A DNA stretch of 64,000 nucleotides from Ignavibacteriota bacterium (GTDB taxonomy: Bacteria; Bacteroidota; Ignavibacteria; UBA10030; UBA6906). The position numbers and the translations under genes are program-made. The DNA is taken from assembly GCA_003158475.1 (NCBI GenBank), contig PMJR01000078.1, positions 15,459 to 79,458 on the forward strand. The letters run 5' to 3'. The number at the start of each line of letters is the position of its first letter. Within the stretch, counting starts at the first letter, position 1. Under the pieces are notes generated by a model. That model was not told the DNA's origin. It made no database searches and saw only the letters and a list, made by a program, of their open reading frames with translations. Below, piece after piece: positions 9,543-18,079 of this stretch.

Positions 9543-10493
9543 TTAGCCGACCCAGACGCCCATCGCACTGAACTTCTCGATGCGGCGTTCCAGGAGTTTT
9601 TCGGGTTTGATTTTCGCCAGCTGCTTGAGTTCCTGCACGATCGTGTCCTTCAGGACACGCGCCGCCTGCTCGGGGTTCCGGTGCGCTCCTCCAAGCGGCT
9701 CGGGCATGATCTCGTCGATGATCCCCTGCTTCTTCAGGTCGGGTGCCGTGAGCTGCAGGGCCTCGGCTGCCTGCTCCTTGTAGTCCCAGCTCCGCCAGAG
9801 GATGCTCGAGCAGGACTCGGGCGAGATCACCGAGTACCAGGAGTTCTCCATCATGAGAATCCTGTCCCCGACACCGATCCCCAGGGCTCCGCCGGAGGCT
9901 CCCTCGCCGATGATCGCGACGACAATGGGGACGCGGAGGCGGGACATTTCCATGAGGTTCCGCGCGATCGCCTCCGCCTGCCCCCGTTCCTCCGCCTCCA
10001 GTCCGGGATAGGCGCCGGGCGTATCCAGGAGCGTGACGACGGGGAGCTTGAACTTTTCCGCCAGCTTCATGAGCCGGAGTGCCTTGCGATACCCCTCGGG
10101 GTTCGGCATGCCGAAATTCCGGTACACGTTCGACTTCGTATCGCGTCCCTTCTGGTGCCCGATGAGCATCACCTTCCGGTCTTCGATGGTCGCCAGACCG
10201 CCCACGATCGCCTTGTCGTCCCTGTAGTACCGGTCGCCGTGGAGCTCGACGAAATCCTTCGTGATCATGCCGATGTAATCGAGCGTGTAGGGCCGGTCCG
10301 GATGGCGCGCAAGCTGGACTTTCTGCCAGCGCGTGAGACCCGCGTAGATCGTAAGCTGCAGCTGGCCCACGCGCTTTTCAATCTTGGCGATCTCCAGGGC
10401 GATGTCGGGATTGTCGGCATACCGGCGCATCTCCTCCATTTTCTGTTCCAGCTCGAGGATGGGCTTCTCGAACTCCAGTACCGTTTTGGCCAT
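9543..10493 (-). CDS. accA: Acetyl-CoA carboxylase carboxyltransferase subunit alpha
   Basis: N-terminal [61 protein letters not shown] and [11 protein letters not shown] are classic AccA motifs. Confidence 0.95.
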   Translation of the reverse strand: MAKTVLEFEKPILELEQKMEEMRRYADNPDIALEIAKIEKRVGQLQLTIYAGLTRWQKVQLARHPDRPYTLDYIGMITKDFVELHGDRYYRDDKAIVGGLATIEDRKVMLIGHQKGRDTKSNVYRNFGMPNPEGYRKALRLMKLAEKFKLPVVTLLDTPGAYPGLEAEERGQAEAIARNLMEMSRLRVPIVVAIIGEGASGGALGIGVGDRILMMENSWYSVISPESCSSILWRSWDYKEQAAEALQLTAPDLKKQGIIDEIMPEPLGGAHRNPEQAARVLKDTIVQELKQLAKIKPEKLLERRIEKFSAMGVWVG

Positions 10494-10521
10494 AGGATAC
10501 CTCCTGTCGGGGGGTGAGCAG

Positions 10522-12504
10522 TCAGCGGCGGTTGAAGAGCGATTTCGCGATGATCTGCATGTCGAGCATCAACGACTGGTTCTTTGCGTAGTACAGTTTG
10601 TACCGTTCACGCTCTTCGGGGTCCAGGTCTTCGCGCGAATGGATCTGCAGGAGTCCGGTGAGCCCCTCCGGCCCGAGGTAGCCCGTATTCCCGGGTCCCT
10701 TCCCTGCCCGTCCGCTGTCTCCCACCGGGAGTCCCACGAGGCTGAGACGCCCCCGCAGGACGTCCGGGATCAGGAGGATCGGGGAATCATGCGGGTCCCG
10801 GCTCTTCCGGAAGAGACGCCTGACGGGATACACCGTGACAAGGAGCAATGAGGCAACCGCGATATCCGTCAGCCGTTTCACCAGCCGGTTCACCGGGTGG
10901 TGGATGTTGTACTCGATGTCAACAAGTGGAAGCGTGTCAAGCTCGTCGATGCTTGTCTTGCCGATGATAGATTCGAGACTCCCGGGCACAAGCCGGAAAT
11001 TAATGCTGCGGTTCCTGCTCCTGGCGATCACCGACAGGATATTCTCGTACGAGAGTCCATCGGTCGAAAATATCACTTCTCCGACCCGGTATTCATCGAT
11101 CACCTTCCCGACGTTGTCGACGCTCCCGATGATCTCCACACCGGCCACCTTTTCGCCGACCCGCCGGAGGCTGGTGTCGATGAACCCCAGGACATCATAT
11201 CCGTCGTCGACACGGGCACGGAGCTTGCGCAGGACCTGCTGTGCCGAAGACCCCGTCCCCACGATGACCGTTCTCCTCCCGAACACCGACGTCCGCGAAC
11301 CCGCTCTCCCGAATAGTCGGACGGCGAGCCGCCACCCCGGAAGCAGAGCCAGGCTGAGGAGTCCCGCGATGATGACCACGGCACGGCTGAACGCAAATGC
11401 CTTCACAAAGAACACCGTCGCCGAGATGATGACGTACGCAGAAGCGACCGCCGTAAATGACCGGCTGGCCGAAAACCGGGCTGTCGTGTACAATCCCGCC
11501 GACGCGGAGAGAACCACTATCAGCGCCGTCGGCACGATCCAGACCATCGGAAATGCGTAGGCGGGAAACCGGGAAAGCCCCCCCCAGTACAGGTACTCTC
11601 CCGCGATCAGGGCACCGACGGCAAGAACCGCGTCCGGGAGCGCAATCTGGACCGGCCGCGCCAGACGCGCCATCGACGCAGCGGATGCCCGGGTCAGTAT
11701 CCCCAGGTTCAGGAACAGAAGGAGAGCCCGGGAACGGCCGAAATGTTTCCGCACGAAGAGCTGCATCGCCTGGTAGAAGAGCCTGATTTCGTCGATATCG
11801 CTCCTCTTCGTGCTCTCCCCTTTGAAGTGGATGATCTTCGTCGCGTGGACGTAGTAGACCCTGTACCCGGCCATGCCGATCCGGTAACACCAATCCAGGT
11901 CCTCACCGTACATGAAGAAGCTCTCGTCGAGCCCCCCGACTTTCCCGTAGGCCTCCCGCCTCACCATCATAAACGAACCGCTGACGGCATCGACCGGATA
12001 GGTCTCGTCTTCACTGAGGTACGTCAGATTGTACCTGCCGAAGAGCTTGGACTTCGGGAACAGCGCCGCCAGGCCGAATATCTTTGTAAACGCCACCCAG
12101 GGAGTCGGGAAGGTCCGGCGGCAGGGGAGCTGGAAGGACCCGTCCGGATTGAGGATCCTGCACCCCGCGATTCCGGCAAGGGGGACATCCCTGAAGAACT
12201 GCAGCATGACCCTGAAAGTGTCCTCCTGAACGACCGTGTCGGGGTTGATCAGGAGGATAAACTCCCCCCGCGCCTTGCGCAGGGCAATATTGTTTGCCCT
12301 GGCGAATCCCACATTCTCGGCGCTCTCGATCAGGCAAACGCGGGGGAATTTTGTCTTCACCATATCCGCGCTTCCGTCGCCGGAAGCGTTGTCGACGACA
12401 AACACCTCCCCTTCGATCCCTTCCATGGCCCGCTCAATCGACGCCAGCGCGTTTTCCAGGAACTGCCGCACATTGTAATTGACGATTATAACGGAGAGGG
12501 TCAT
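10522..12504 (-). CDS. Fusion protein: N-terminal GT2 glycosyltransferase, then TM block, Rossmann-like domain and a degenerate (core-deleted) phosphoglycosyl-transferase C-terminus
   Basis: GT2: [24 protein letters not shown]...[10 protein letters not shown]...LINPDT. Middle: 4-5 TM helices, then [17 protein letters not shown]...GYDVLGFID as in large WcaJ-type PGTs. C-terminus keeps [35 protein letters not shown] and [18 protein letters not shown]. It lacks the KFRSM and DE(I/L)PQ core that is present in the bona fide PGT at 14412-15806. Confidence 0.8.
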   Translation of the reverse strand: MTLSVIIVNYNVRQFLENALASIERAMEGIEGEVFVVDNASGDGSADMVKTKFPRVCLIESAENVGFARANNIALRKARGEFILLINPDTVVQEDTFRVMLQFFRDVPLAGIAGCRILNPDGSFQLPCRRTFPTPWVAFTKIFGLAALFPKSKLFGRYNLTYLSEDETYPVDAVSGSFMMVRREAYGKVGGLDESFFMYGEDLDWCYRIGMAGYRVYYVHATKIIHFKGESTKRSDIDEIRLFYQAMQLFVRKHFGRSRALLLFLNLGILTRASAASMARLARPVQIALPDAVLAVGALIAGEYLYWGGLSRFPAYAFPMVWIVPTALIVVLSASAGLYTTARFSASRSFTAVASAYVIISATVFFVKAFAFSRAVVIIAGLLSLALLPGWRLAVRLFGRAGSRTSVFGRRTVIVGTGSSAQQVLRKLRARVDDGYDVLGFIDTSLRRVGEKVAGVEIIGSVDNVGKVIDEYRVGEVIFSTDGLSYENILSVIARSRNRSINFRLVPGSLESIIGKTSIDELDTLPLVDIEYNIHHPVNRLVKRLTDIAVASLLLVTVYPVRRLFRKSRDPHDSPILLIPDVLRGRLSLVGLPVGDSGRAGKGPGNTGYLGPEGLTGLLQIHSREDLDPEERERYKLYYAKNQSLMLDMQIIAKSLFNRR

Positions 12505-12511
12505 GCCGGGG

Positions 12512-13249
12512 TCAGAGTCGGTTCAGCATGCTCCGGAACCGGAGCTTCCAGAGCATGAAGAATGCTTCGTAGACAATGTGCTTTGACATCTTGGAGGTCC
12601 CGGCGTGCCTGTCCGCGAAGACGATCGGGATCTCCCCGAGACGGAAACCCTTGCGCCAGGCCTTGTAACTCATTTCGATCTGGAACGCGTATCCGTTCGA
12701 ACGGATGCTGCCCAGATCGATCCCCCTGAGGACGGCGATCCTGTAACACTTGAACCCTCCCGTCGCGTCGTTGAGCGGCAGTCCGGTCATGAAGCGTGTC
12801 CAGATGTTTGCGGTCCAGCTGAGGAGCAGCCTCTCCATGGGCCAGTTCAGCACCCGCACCCCGTTGGTGTACCGTGAACCCACCACGAGATCCACGTCGC
12901 GCGCCTTCTCGAGGAATACGGGGATCTCGTTCGGGTTATGGGAAAAATCGGCGTCCATCTCGAACACGAAGTCGTAGCTCCCCCCCAGTGCATACTTGAA
13001 TCCCGCAACATATGCCGTGCCCAGACCCATTTTCGCGGACCGGGCCAGGAGGTGGACCCGCGGGTCGGCCTCCGCCATCGTGCGAACCATGGTTCCCGTC
13101 CCGTCGGGTGAGCCGTCATCGACGACGAGCACTTCGACTCCCGCGGCCTGTTCGAGAACGAGTGGAATGAGACGCAGGATGTTCTCCGATTCGTTGAATG
13201 TCGGTATGACGACAAGGATCTTTGGCACGCCGGGTCTCACCTCTGTCAT
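12512..13249 (-). CDS. Polyprenol-phosphate glycosyltransferase (GT2, Dpm1/Ppm1-like)
   Basis: ILVVIPTFNESENI, VLVVDDGSPDGTG, DPRVHLLARSAKMGLGTAYVAGF and EMDADFSHNP are typical of dolichyl/polyprenyl-phosphate mannose (or glucose) synthases. Confidence 0.85.
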   Translation of the reverse strand: MTEVRPGVPKILVVIPTFNESENILRLIPLVLEQAAGVEVLVVDDGSPDGTGTMVRTMAEADPRVHLLARSAKMGLGTAYVAGFKYALGGSYDFVFEMDADFSHNPNEIPVFLEKARDVDLVVGSRYTNGVRVLNWPMERLLLSWTANIWTRFMTGLPLNDATGGFKCYRIAVLRGIDLGSIRSNGYAFQIEMSYKAWRKGFRLGEIPIVFADRHAGTSKMSKHIVYEAFFMLWKLRFRSMLNRL

Positions 13250-13258
13250 GGAGTTGCG

Positions 13259-14359
13259 TCAGGCGTAAAATTCTCTTACTGAACCTGTGATGAACTTCAG
13301 ATGCTCATCCGTCAGTTCCGTGTGGATGGGGAGCGAGATGACCTCCTCCGTGGCCCGTTCCGTTACCGGGAAGTCCCCTTTCTTTCCCCCCGACATCGCG
13401 AACGCCTTCTGGAGATGGAGCGGGACGGGATAATAGATCCCGTGAGGGATCCCCTTCTCCCTGAGAAAAGCGGCAAGACCATCGCGTTTCGGCACCCTGA
13501 GCGTGTACTGGTGAAAAATATGGTCCGCCCCCGGCGCGACAAACGGGACAGTCACGGGAAGCCCCGTCAGCAGTTCGTTGTAGCGGGAGGCAGCCTTGCG
13601 CCGGGCGCAATTGTACTCTTCGAGGTGCGGGAGCTTCACCCTCAGAATCGCGGCCTGGAGCGTGTCCAGCCGGCTGTTCAACCCGAGGACCTCGTGATAA
13701 TACCGGACCCTGGATCCGTGGGCGGCGATCACGCGCATCGATTCGGCAAGGGCCGCGTCGTTCGTCACGACCATGCCGCCGTCGCCGAAGCATCCCAGGT
13801 TCTTGCTCGGGAAGAAACTGATGCATCCGACGGTGCCGAGAGAGCAGACCTTGCGCCCATTGCAGGAGGCCCCCATGGCCTGCGCCGCGTCTTCTATGAC
13901 GGGCACCGAGCGACTGCGGGCGACCGCAAGGAGCGGATCCATGTCGGCAGGCTGGCCGTACAAATGAACGGGGATGATCGCCCTGGTGCGCGGCGTGATC
14001 GCCGCTTCAATGAGCGCGGGGTCGATATTGAACGTCCTGGGATCGATGTCGACGTAGACGGGCTTCGCCCCGAGGATCCCTATCGTCTCGGCCGTGGCCA
14101 CGAATGTGAACGGGGTCGTGATGACCTCATCCCCCGGCCCTATGCCGAGAGCCATCATCGCTATCTGGAGGGCATCAGTTCCCGATGCACACGCGACGGC
14201 GGATTTCACGCCGAGGTACCCCGCAACCTCGCACTCGAATTCACCCACCTCCTTCCCCTGGATGAACATCCCCGAATCGAGCACCGAGCGAATTGCGTCA
14301 TCGACCTCCCGCTTGATATGCCGGTATTGGCCGACAACATCCACCATCTGTAGTTTCAT
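13259..14359 (-). CDS. DegT/DnrJ/EryC1/StrS family PLP-dependent sugar aminotransferase (1 of 3)
   Basis: [47 protein letters not shown], and FSFFPSKNLG containing the PLP lysine. Confidence 0.9.
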   Translation of the reverse strand: MKLQMVDVVGQYRHIKREVDDAIRSVLDSGMFIQGKEVGEFECEVAGYLGVKSAVACASGTDALQIAMMALGIGPGDEVITTPFTFVATAETIGILGAKPVYVDIDPRTFNIDPALIEAAITPRTRAIIPVHLYGQPADMDPLLAVARSRSVPVIEDAAQAMGASCNGRKVCSLGTVGCISFFPSKNLGCFGDGGMVVTNDAALAESMRVIAAHGSRVRYYHEVLGLNSRLDTLQAAILRVKLPHLEEYNCARRKAASRYNELLTGLPVTVPFVAPGADHIFHQYTLRVPKRDGLAAFLREKGIPHGIYYPVPLHLQKAFAMSGGKKGDFPVTERATEEVISLPIHTELTDEHLKFITGSVREFYA

Positions 14360-14411
14360 GTCGCATTCCTCACATCGTCGTTGTGCGTTTTCATCGTACC
14401 CGGGAGGGGGA

Positions 14412-15806
14412 TCAGCGCCCGCGTCCCAGGAGTACGTGGTATGCCGTGCTCAGGAGAATCTTGAAATCCATCCGGAGGGACATGTTCTCGATGTAGAAAA
14501 GGTCGTACTGGACTTTCTTCTTCACGTCGTCGATCGTCTCGTCGTATTTCTGTTTCACCTGAGCCCAGCCGGTGATGCCGGGCCTGACCTTCAGCCGGCG
14601 CTGGTACAGGGGGATCTCCTGTGACAGCCGCTGGACGAATACAGGCCGTTCGGGTCTCGGTCCGATCAGGCTCATGTCTCCCTTGAGCACGTTGATCATC
14701 TGCGGGATCTCATCGAGATGGAGTTGGCGGAGTATTTTCCCGCACCTGGTGACGCGTGGGTCGCGGTGGCCCGCCCACTGGGGACCCTTCAACTCGGCGT
14801 CCTTCTGCATGGAGCGGAACTTGACGATATTGAAAGGCGCACCATCCTTGCCGACACGGTCCTGCCGATAGAGCACGGGTCCCCGGGAGTCGAGCTTGAT
14901 GATGACCGCAACGAGGACCCAGAGCGGAAATCCGGCGATGAGAACAAGCGCAGAGACCGCGACGTCGATCAGCCTCTTGGTCGCTTCCTCCCAGGGGGGC
15001 ATCAGCTGGGGCGTGATTTCTATCAGCGGGAAACCGTAGATCTGGTTTGTCCTTGCCTGGCCGCTGATGATGTCGTACAGGTCGGGCATGATCTTGATGC
15101 TGACCTTATGGCCGTTGCATTTCCCGATGATGTCGAGCAGGCGGTCATGATCGGCGGAGTCGAGGGCGACAAGCACCTCCCGCACATCCTCCCGCTCGAT
15201 CACCCCGGTCAGGTCGTCGATCCCTCCCATCACCGGGATCTTGCGGTAACGCTGGCCCGCACGGCGGCGGTCGAGCCCGACGAACCCCACGATCCTGTAC
15301 CCGAGGGCCGGATACTTCTCCACCTCTCCGCACAGATCCCGCGACCGCGCGCTGCTCCCGACGATGAGCGTGTTGTGCACGCCGATCCCGGCGATCAACA
15401 TGCGCCGCTGCACGCTGCGGAGGACCATCCTCCCCGCGGAGACCATGATGAGGACGTCCGCCCAGTACACCGCAATCAGGAGCCGCGAATTCGTTCCCGT
15501 GGGTTTTCCGGCGTCATCGAGGAAGACGGCGAAAAAGAGTATCATCGAGCCCACCAGGACGGTCTTGAAAAGGAGTGCCAGCTCGTCGAACCGGGAGGCC
15601 GCGTACCAGGGACGGTAGAGTCCGACCACAAAGAAGAGGAGAAGCCAGAAAGCACTCACCGCCACCATCGGCGCCCAGAAATCGGGTTCGGCGCTGAGAT
15701 CGAACAGGCCGCTGCTGATCCTGAACATGAAATACAGCGTCCACCCGGCTGATACCGTGATAAGGTCCGCGATACACAGGACGAGGATTTCGCGGCGGTT
15801 GGACAT
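14412..15806 (-). CDS. Large (WcaJ/WbaP-type) undecaprenyl-phosphate sugar phosphotransferase, initiating enzyme
   Basis: N-terminal TM bundle, Rossmann-like LIVGSSARSRDL...GYRIVGFVG, then an intact catalytic domain: KRLIDVAVSALVLIAGFPL, GPVLYRQDRVGKDGAPFNIVKFRSM, DPRVTRCGKILRQLHLDEIPQMINVLKGDMSLIGPRPE, RPGITGWAQV. Confidence 0.9.
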   Translation of the reverse strand: MSNRREILVLCIADLITVSAGWTLYFMFRISSGLFDLSAEPDFWAPMVAVSAFWLLLFFVVGLYRPWYAASRFDELALLFKTVLVGSMILFFAVFLDDAGKPTGTNSRLLIAVYWADVLIMVSAGRMVLRSVQRRMLIAGIGVHNTLIVGSSARSRDLCGEVEKYPALGYRIVGFVGLDRRRAGQRYRKIPVMGGIDDLTGVIEREDVREVLVALDSADHDRLLDIIGKCNGHKVSIKIMPDLYDIISGQARTNQIYGFPLIEITPQLMPPWEEATKRLIDVAVSALVLIAGFPLWVLVAVIIKLDSRGPVLYRQDRVGKDGAPFNIVKFRSMQKDAELKGPQWAGHRDPRVTRCGKILRQLHLDEIPQMINVLKGDMSLIGPRPERPVFVQRLSQEIPLYQRRLKVRPGITGWAQVKQKYDETIDDVKKKVQYDLFYIENMSLRMDFKILLSTAYHVLLGRGR

Positions 15807-15936
15807 TCTACCCGAGGACCTCGCAGGTTGTTCGATGGCAATGACCCTTCACGACGGTGTTCAGCGGGATCAGGAAATCGCCGGTGACCGACGTGTGTTC
15901 CGGCAGGGGAGACGGAAGTTGTGCGTACCGCGCCGA

Positions 15937-16950
15937 CTACCGTTCTTCATACATTTCCCTGTAGTACTCCTTGTATGCTCCGCTCATGATACCCCGCCAC
16001 CAGGGCTCATGTTTGACGTACCACTCCACGGTCCGCTGCAGACCCTGCTCGAACGTCACCGCAGGCGCCCAGCCCAGCTCCTTCATGATTTTCGAGGCAT
16101 CGATCGCATAACGGAGGTCATGTCCCGGACGGTCCTTCACGAACGTGATCAGACTCTCCGGTTTCCGGACAATCCCGAGCAGGAGCCGCACGATGTCGAT
16201 GTTGCTGCGTTCGCTGTTGCCGCCGATATTGTACACCTCGCCGTCGCGCCCGCGCTCCAGGACCGCGTCCAGGGCTGTACAGTGATCACGGACAAAGAGC
16301 CAGTCACGAATGTTCAGCCCTTTCCCGTAGACGGGGAGCGGCTTGTCATCCGTCGCATTGGCGATGATCAGGGGGATGAGCTTCTCCGGAAACTGGTAGG
16401 GCCCGTAGTTGTTGGAACATCGCGTGATGACGGCGGGAAACCCGAACGTATGTGCGGCGGCCAGGACAAGCAGGTCCGATCCCGCCTTGCTCGCGGCGTA
16501 CGGGCTGTTCGGGTGGAGAGGCGTGGATTCAGTGAATTTCCCCGTCGCTCCAAGAGACCCGTACACTTCGTCGGTGGAAACATGGAGGAACCTCCCGACC
16601 TTCTGTTCGCGCGCCGCATCCAGGAGGACCTGCGTACCGAGCACGTTTGTCGTCACGAAGACGGCCGCACCGTGGATGCTCCTGTCGACGTGGGATTCCG
16701 CCGCAAAATGCACCACCGCATCAATGTCGTGTTTCTTCATCGTCCCCCGGAGGGCATCCCTGTCGCAGATGTCCCCCCGCACGAATGTGTACCGGTCGTG
16801 GTCCTGGACGTCCCGCAGATTGTCCAGGTTTCCCGCGTACGTCAGCTTGTCGAAATTGACAACGCGGACCCCGGGGTGTGACTCAAGGTGATAGCGGACG
16901 AAATTGCTGCCGATGAACCCGGCTCCGCCGGTGACGAGGAGAGAGCGCAT
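15937..16950 (-). CDS. rfbB: dTDP-glucose 4,6-dehydratase
   Basis: LLVTGGAGFIGSNFV, HFAAESHVDRSI, STDEVYG, SPYAASKAGSDLLV and RCSNNYGPYQFPEKLIP are RmlB signatures. The track ORF starts at 17034 and overlaps the cupin gene. ATG at 16948-16950 (MRSLLVTGG) lies 4 nt after the upstream stop. Confidence 0.93.
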   Translation of the reverse strand: MRSLLVTGGAGFIGSNFVRYHLESHPGVRVVNFDKLTYAGNLDNLRDVQDHDRYTFVRGDICDRDALRGTMKKHDIDAVVHFAAESHVDRSIHGAAVFVTTNVLGTQVLLDAAREQKVGRFLHVSTDEVYGSLGATGKFTESTPLHPNSPYAASKAGSDLLVLAAAHTFGFPAVITRCSNNYGPYQFPEKLIPLIIANATDDKPLPVYGKGLNIRDWLFVRDHCTALDAVLERGRDGEVYNIGGNSERSNIDIVRLLLGIVRKPESLITFVKDRPGHDLRYAIDASKIMKELGWAPAVTFEQGLQRTVEWYVKHEPWWRGIMSGAYKEYYREMYEER

Positions 16951-16954
16951 CGTA

Positions 16955-17428
16955 TCACTCCATGAGGAAAATATTCGTGGGATCGGTTTCATGCCGGATC
17001 TCATCCACGGGATTTTTCTTCCCCTCCCCGGCATAGAGCCGGTTGGGGAAGTTCAGCACCATCCCCTGCCGGTCTCCGATGTTCCTGTATGCATGGACGA
17101 TACCCCGGGGGATGATCAGCGACCTGGGCGCATCCTCCCCGCCAAAGACGATCTGGCGGGTCAGGTACGTCGGGGAGGGTTTCCGGTTGTCCCAGAGATA
17201 TATTTTGAAATTGGAGGGACCGAGGAATGCGAAGCAGTCGGCCTGGTCGGCGTGCTCATGAGGACCCCGCGTCACCCCGGGCGCCGTCATTGAAACATAC
17301 CCCATGGCCGGATACAGATCCGCGGAGATCTCATCCTCCCGGAAGAGCTCTGCCAGCCACCCCCGGTCGTCGATGAATTTCGAGAGGTTGCGCACAATGA
17401 CATCCCGAATCGTCCCATTCCTGAACAT
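16955..17428 (-). CDS. RmlC-like cupin (dTDP-4-dehydrorhamnose 3,5-epimerase family, short form); epimerase versus ketoisomerase not resolvable by eye
   Basis: FIDDRGWLAELF, GVTRGPHEH (compare GVLRGLHYQ of RmlC), LIIPRGIVHAY. 157 aa, which is shorter than canonical RmlC. Confidence 0.65.
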   Translation of the reverse strand: MFRNGTIRDVIVRNLSKFIDDRGWLAELFREDEISADLYPAMGYVSMTAPGVTRGPHEHADQADCFAFLGPSNFKIYLWDNRKPSPTYLTRQIVFGGEDAPRSLIIPRGIVHAYRNIGDRQGMVLNFPNRLYAGEGKKNPVDEIRHETDPTNIFLME

Positions 17429-17616
17429 GAGTCACCTTTCAAAAGCTGCTGTATATCAGACTCGCCGGCGCATCACCAGAGTGATGCGACGTTTGCCTGA
17501 GACCATGGTTTCGCACGGCGCCAACCGGTGTGGAGGGAACCAATTGTAGCAAAGGGGAGGGTTACTCTTCCTTTCCGGAAAGAGTCAGCAGTACACGGTT
17601 CAACGGTCCGACACAA

Positions 17617-17645
17617 AATTTATCGATTTCGGGGGGGAAAGTCAA
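17617..17645 (-). promoter_or_regulatory. Candidate sigma70-type promoter upstream of the cupin/rfbB/PGT genes, with a C7 tract in the spacer
   Basis: Minus strand reads TTGACT (17645-17640), then the 17-nt spacer TTCCCCCCCGAAATCGA, then TAAATT (17622-17617). It begins 15 nt after the response-regulator stop. A leader of about 185 nt follows before the ATG at 17428. Confidence 0.35.
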
Positions 17646-17660
17646 CGGCGGGGACTGCTT

Positions 17661-18020
17661 TCACACAGGCAAGGCTGCCTTGATTCTCCTGACGAAATCA
17701 GCATAATCGACCGGTTTGCGGACAAAATCGCACGCACCATACCGCAGCGCGACCTCCGCTGATTCGTCGGACCCCGATCCTGTCACCACGATCACCTTCG
17801 CCTTCTCGTCAAGGTGCCGGATCCTCCGGAGCACTTCCAAGCCGTTCATGCCGGGGAGGGCGAGGTCCAGGAGAACAATGTCCGGGTTCCGTTCCTTAAA
17901 GAGCGCCAGCCCCTGCGGGCCATCGGCCGTCGTCAGGGTTTCGAACCCTTCCAGGCTCAAAATGCGCTGGACGAGCGCGAGCACCATCTCGTCGTCGTCG
18001 ATGACAAGTACCCTCGGCAT
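17661..18020 (-). CDS. Stand-alone response-regulator receiver domain (CheY-like)
   Basis: VLVIDDDEMVLALV, phospho-acceptor context VLLDLALPGMNGLEVL, VIVVTGSG and DFVRKP. 119 aa with no output domain. Confidence 0.9.
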   Translation of the reverse strand: MPRVLVIDDDEMVLALVQRILSLEGFETLTTADGPQGLALFKERNPDIVLLDLALPGMNGLEVLRRIRHLDEKAKVIVVTGSGSDESAEVALRYGACDFVRKPVDYADFVRRIKAALPV

Positions 18021-18079
18021 GCACAGAAGATACGGCCATCGGGGTTGAATTGCAAGAGGGCGACGGCACCGTCCCTCCC

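Noticed and set aside
8784-10517. Long + strand ORFs, for example 8784-10517 (577 aa), 8069-8965, 1040-1873, 21750-23054, 35221-36672, 50297-51385 and 58118-59224.
   Set aside because: Each lies fully antisense to a minus-strand gene with clear family motifs. Their translations are Arg/Pro/His/Gly-rich low-complexity strings with no recognisable domains, as expected for the antisense frame of GC-rich coding DNA.
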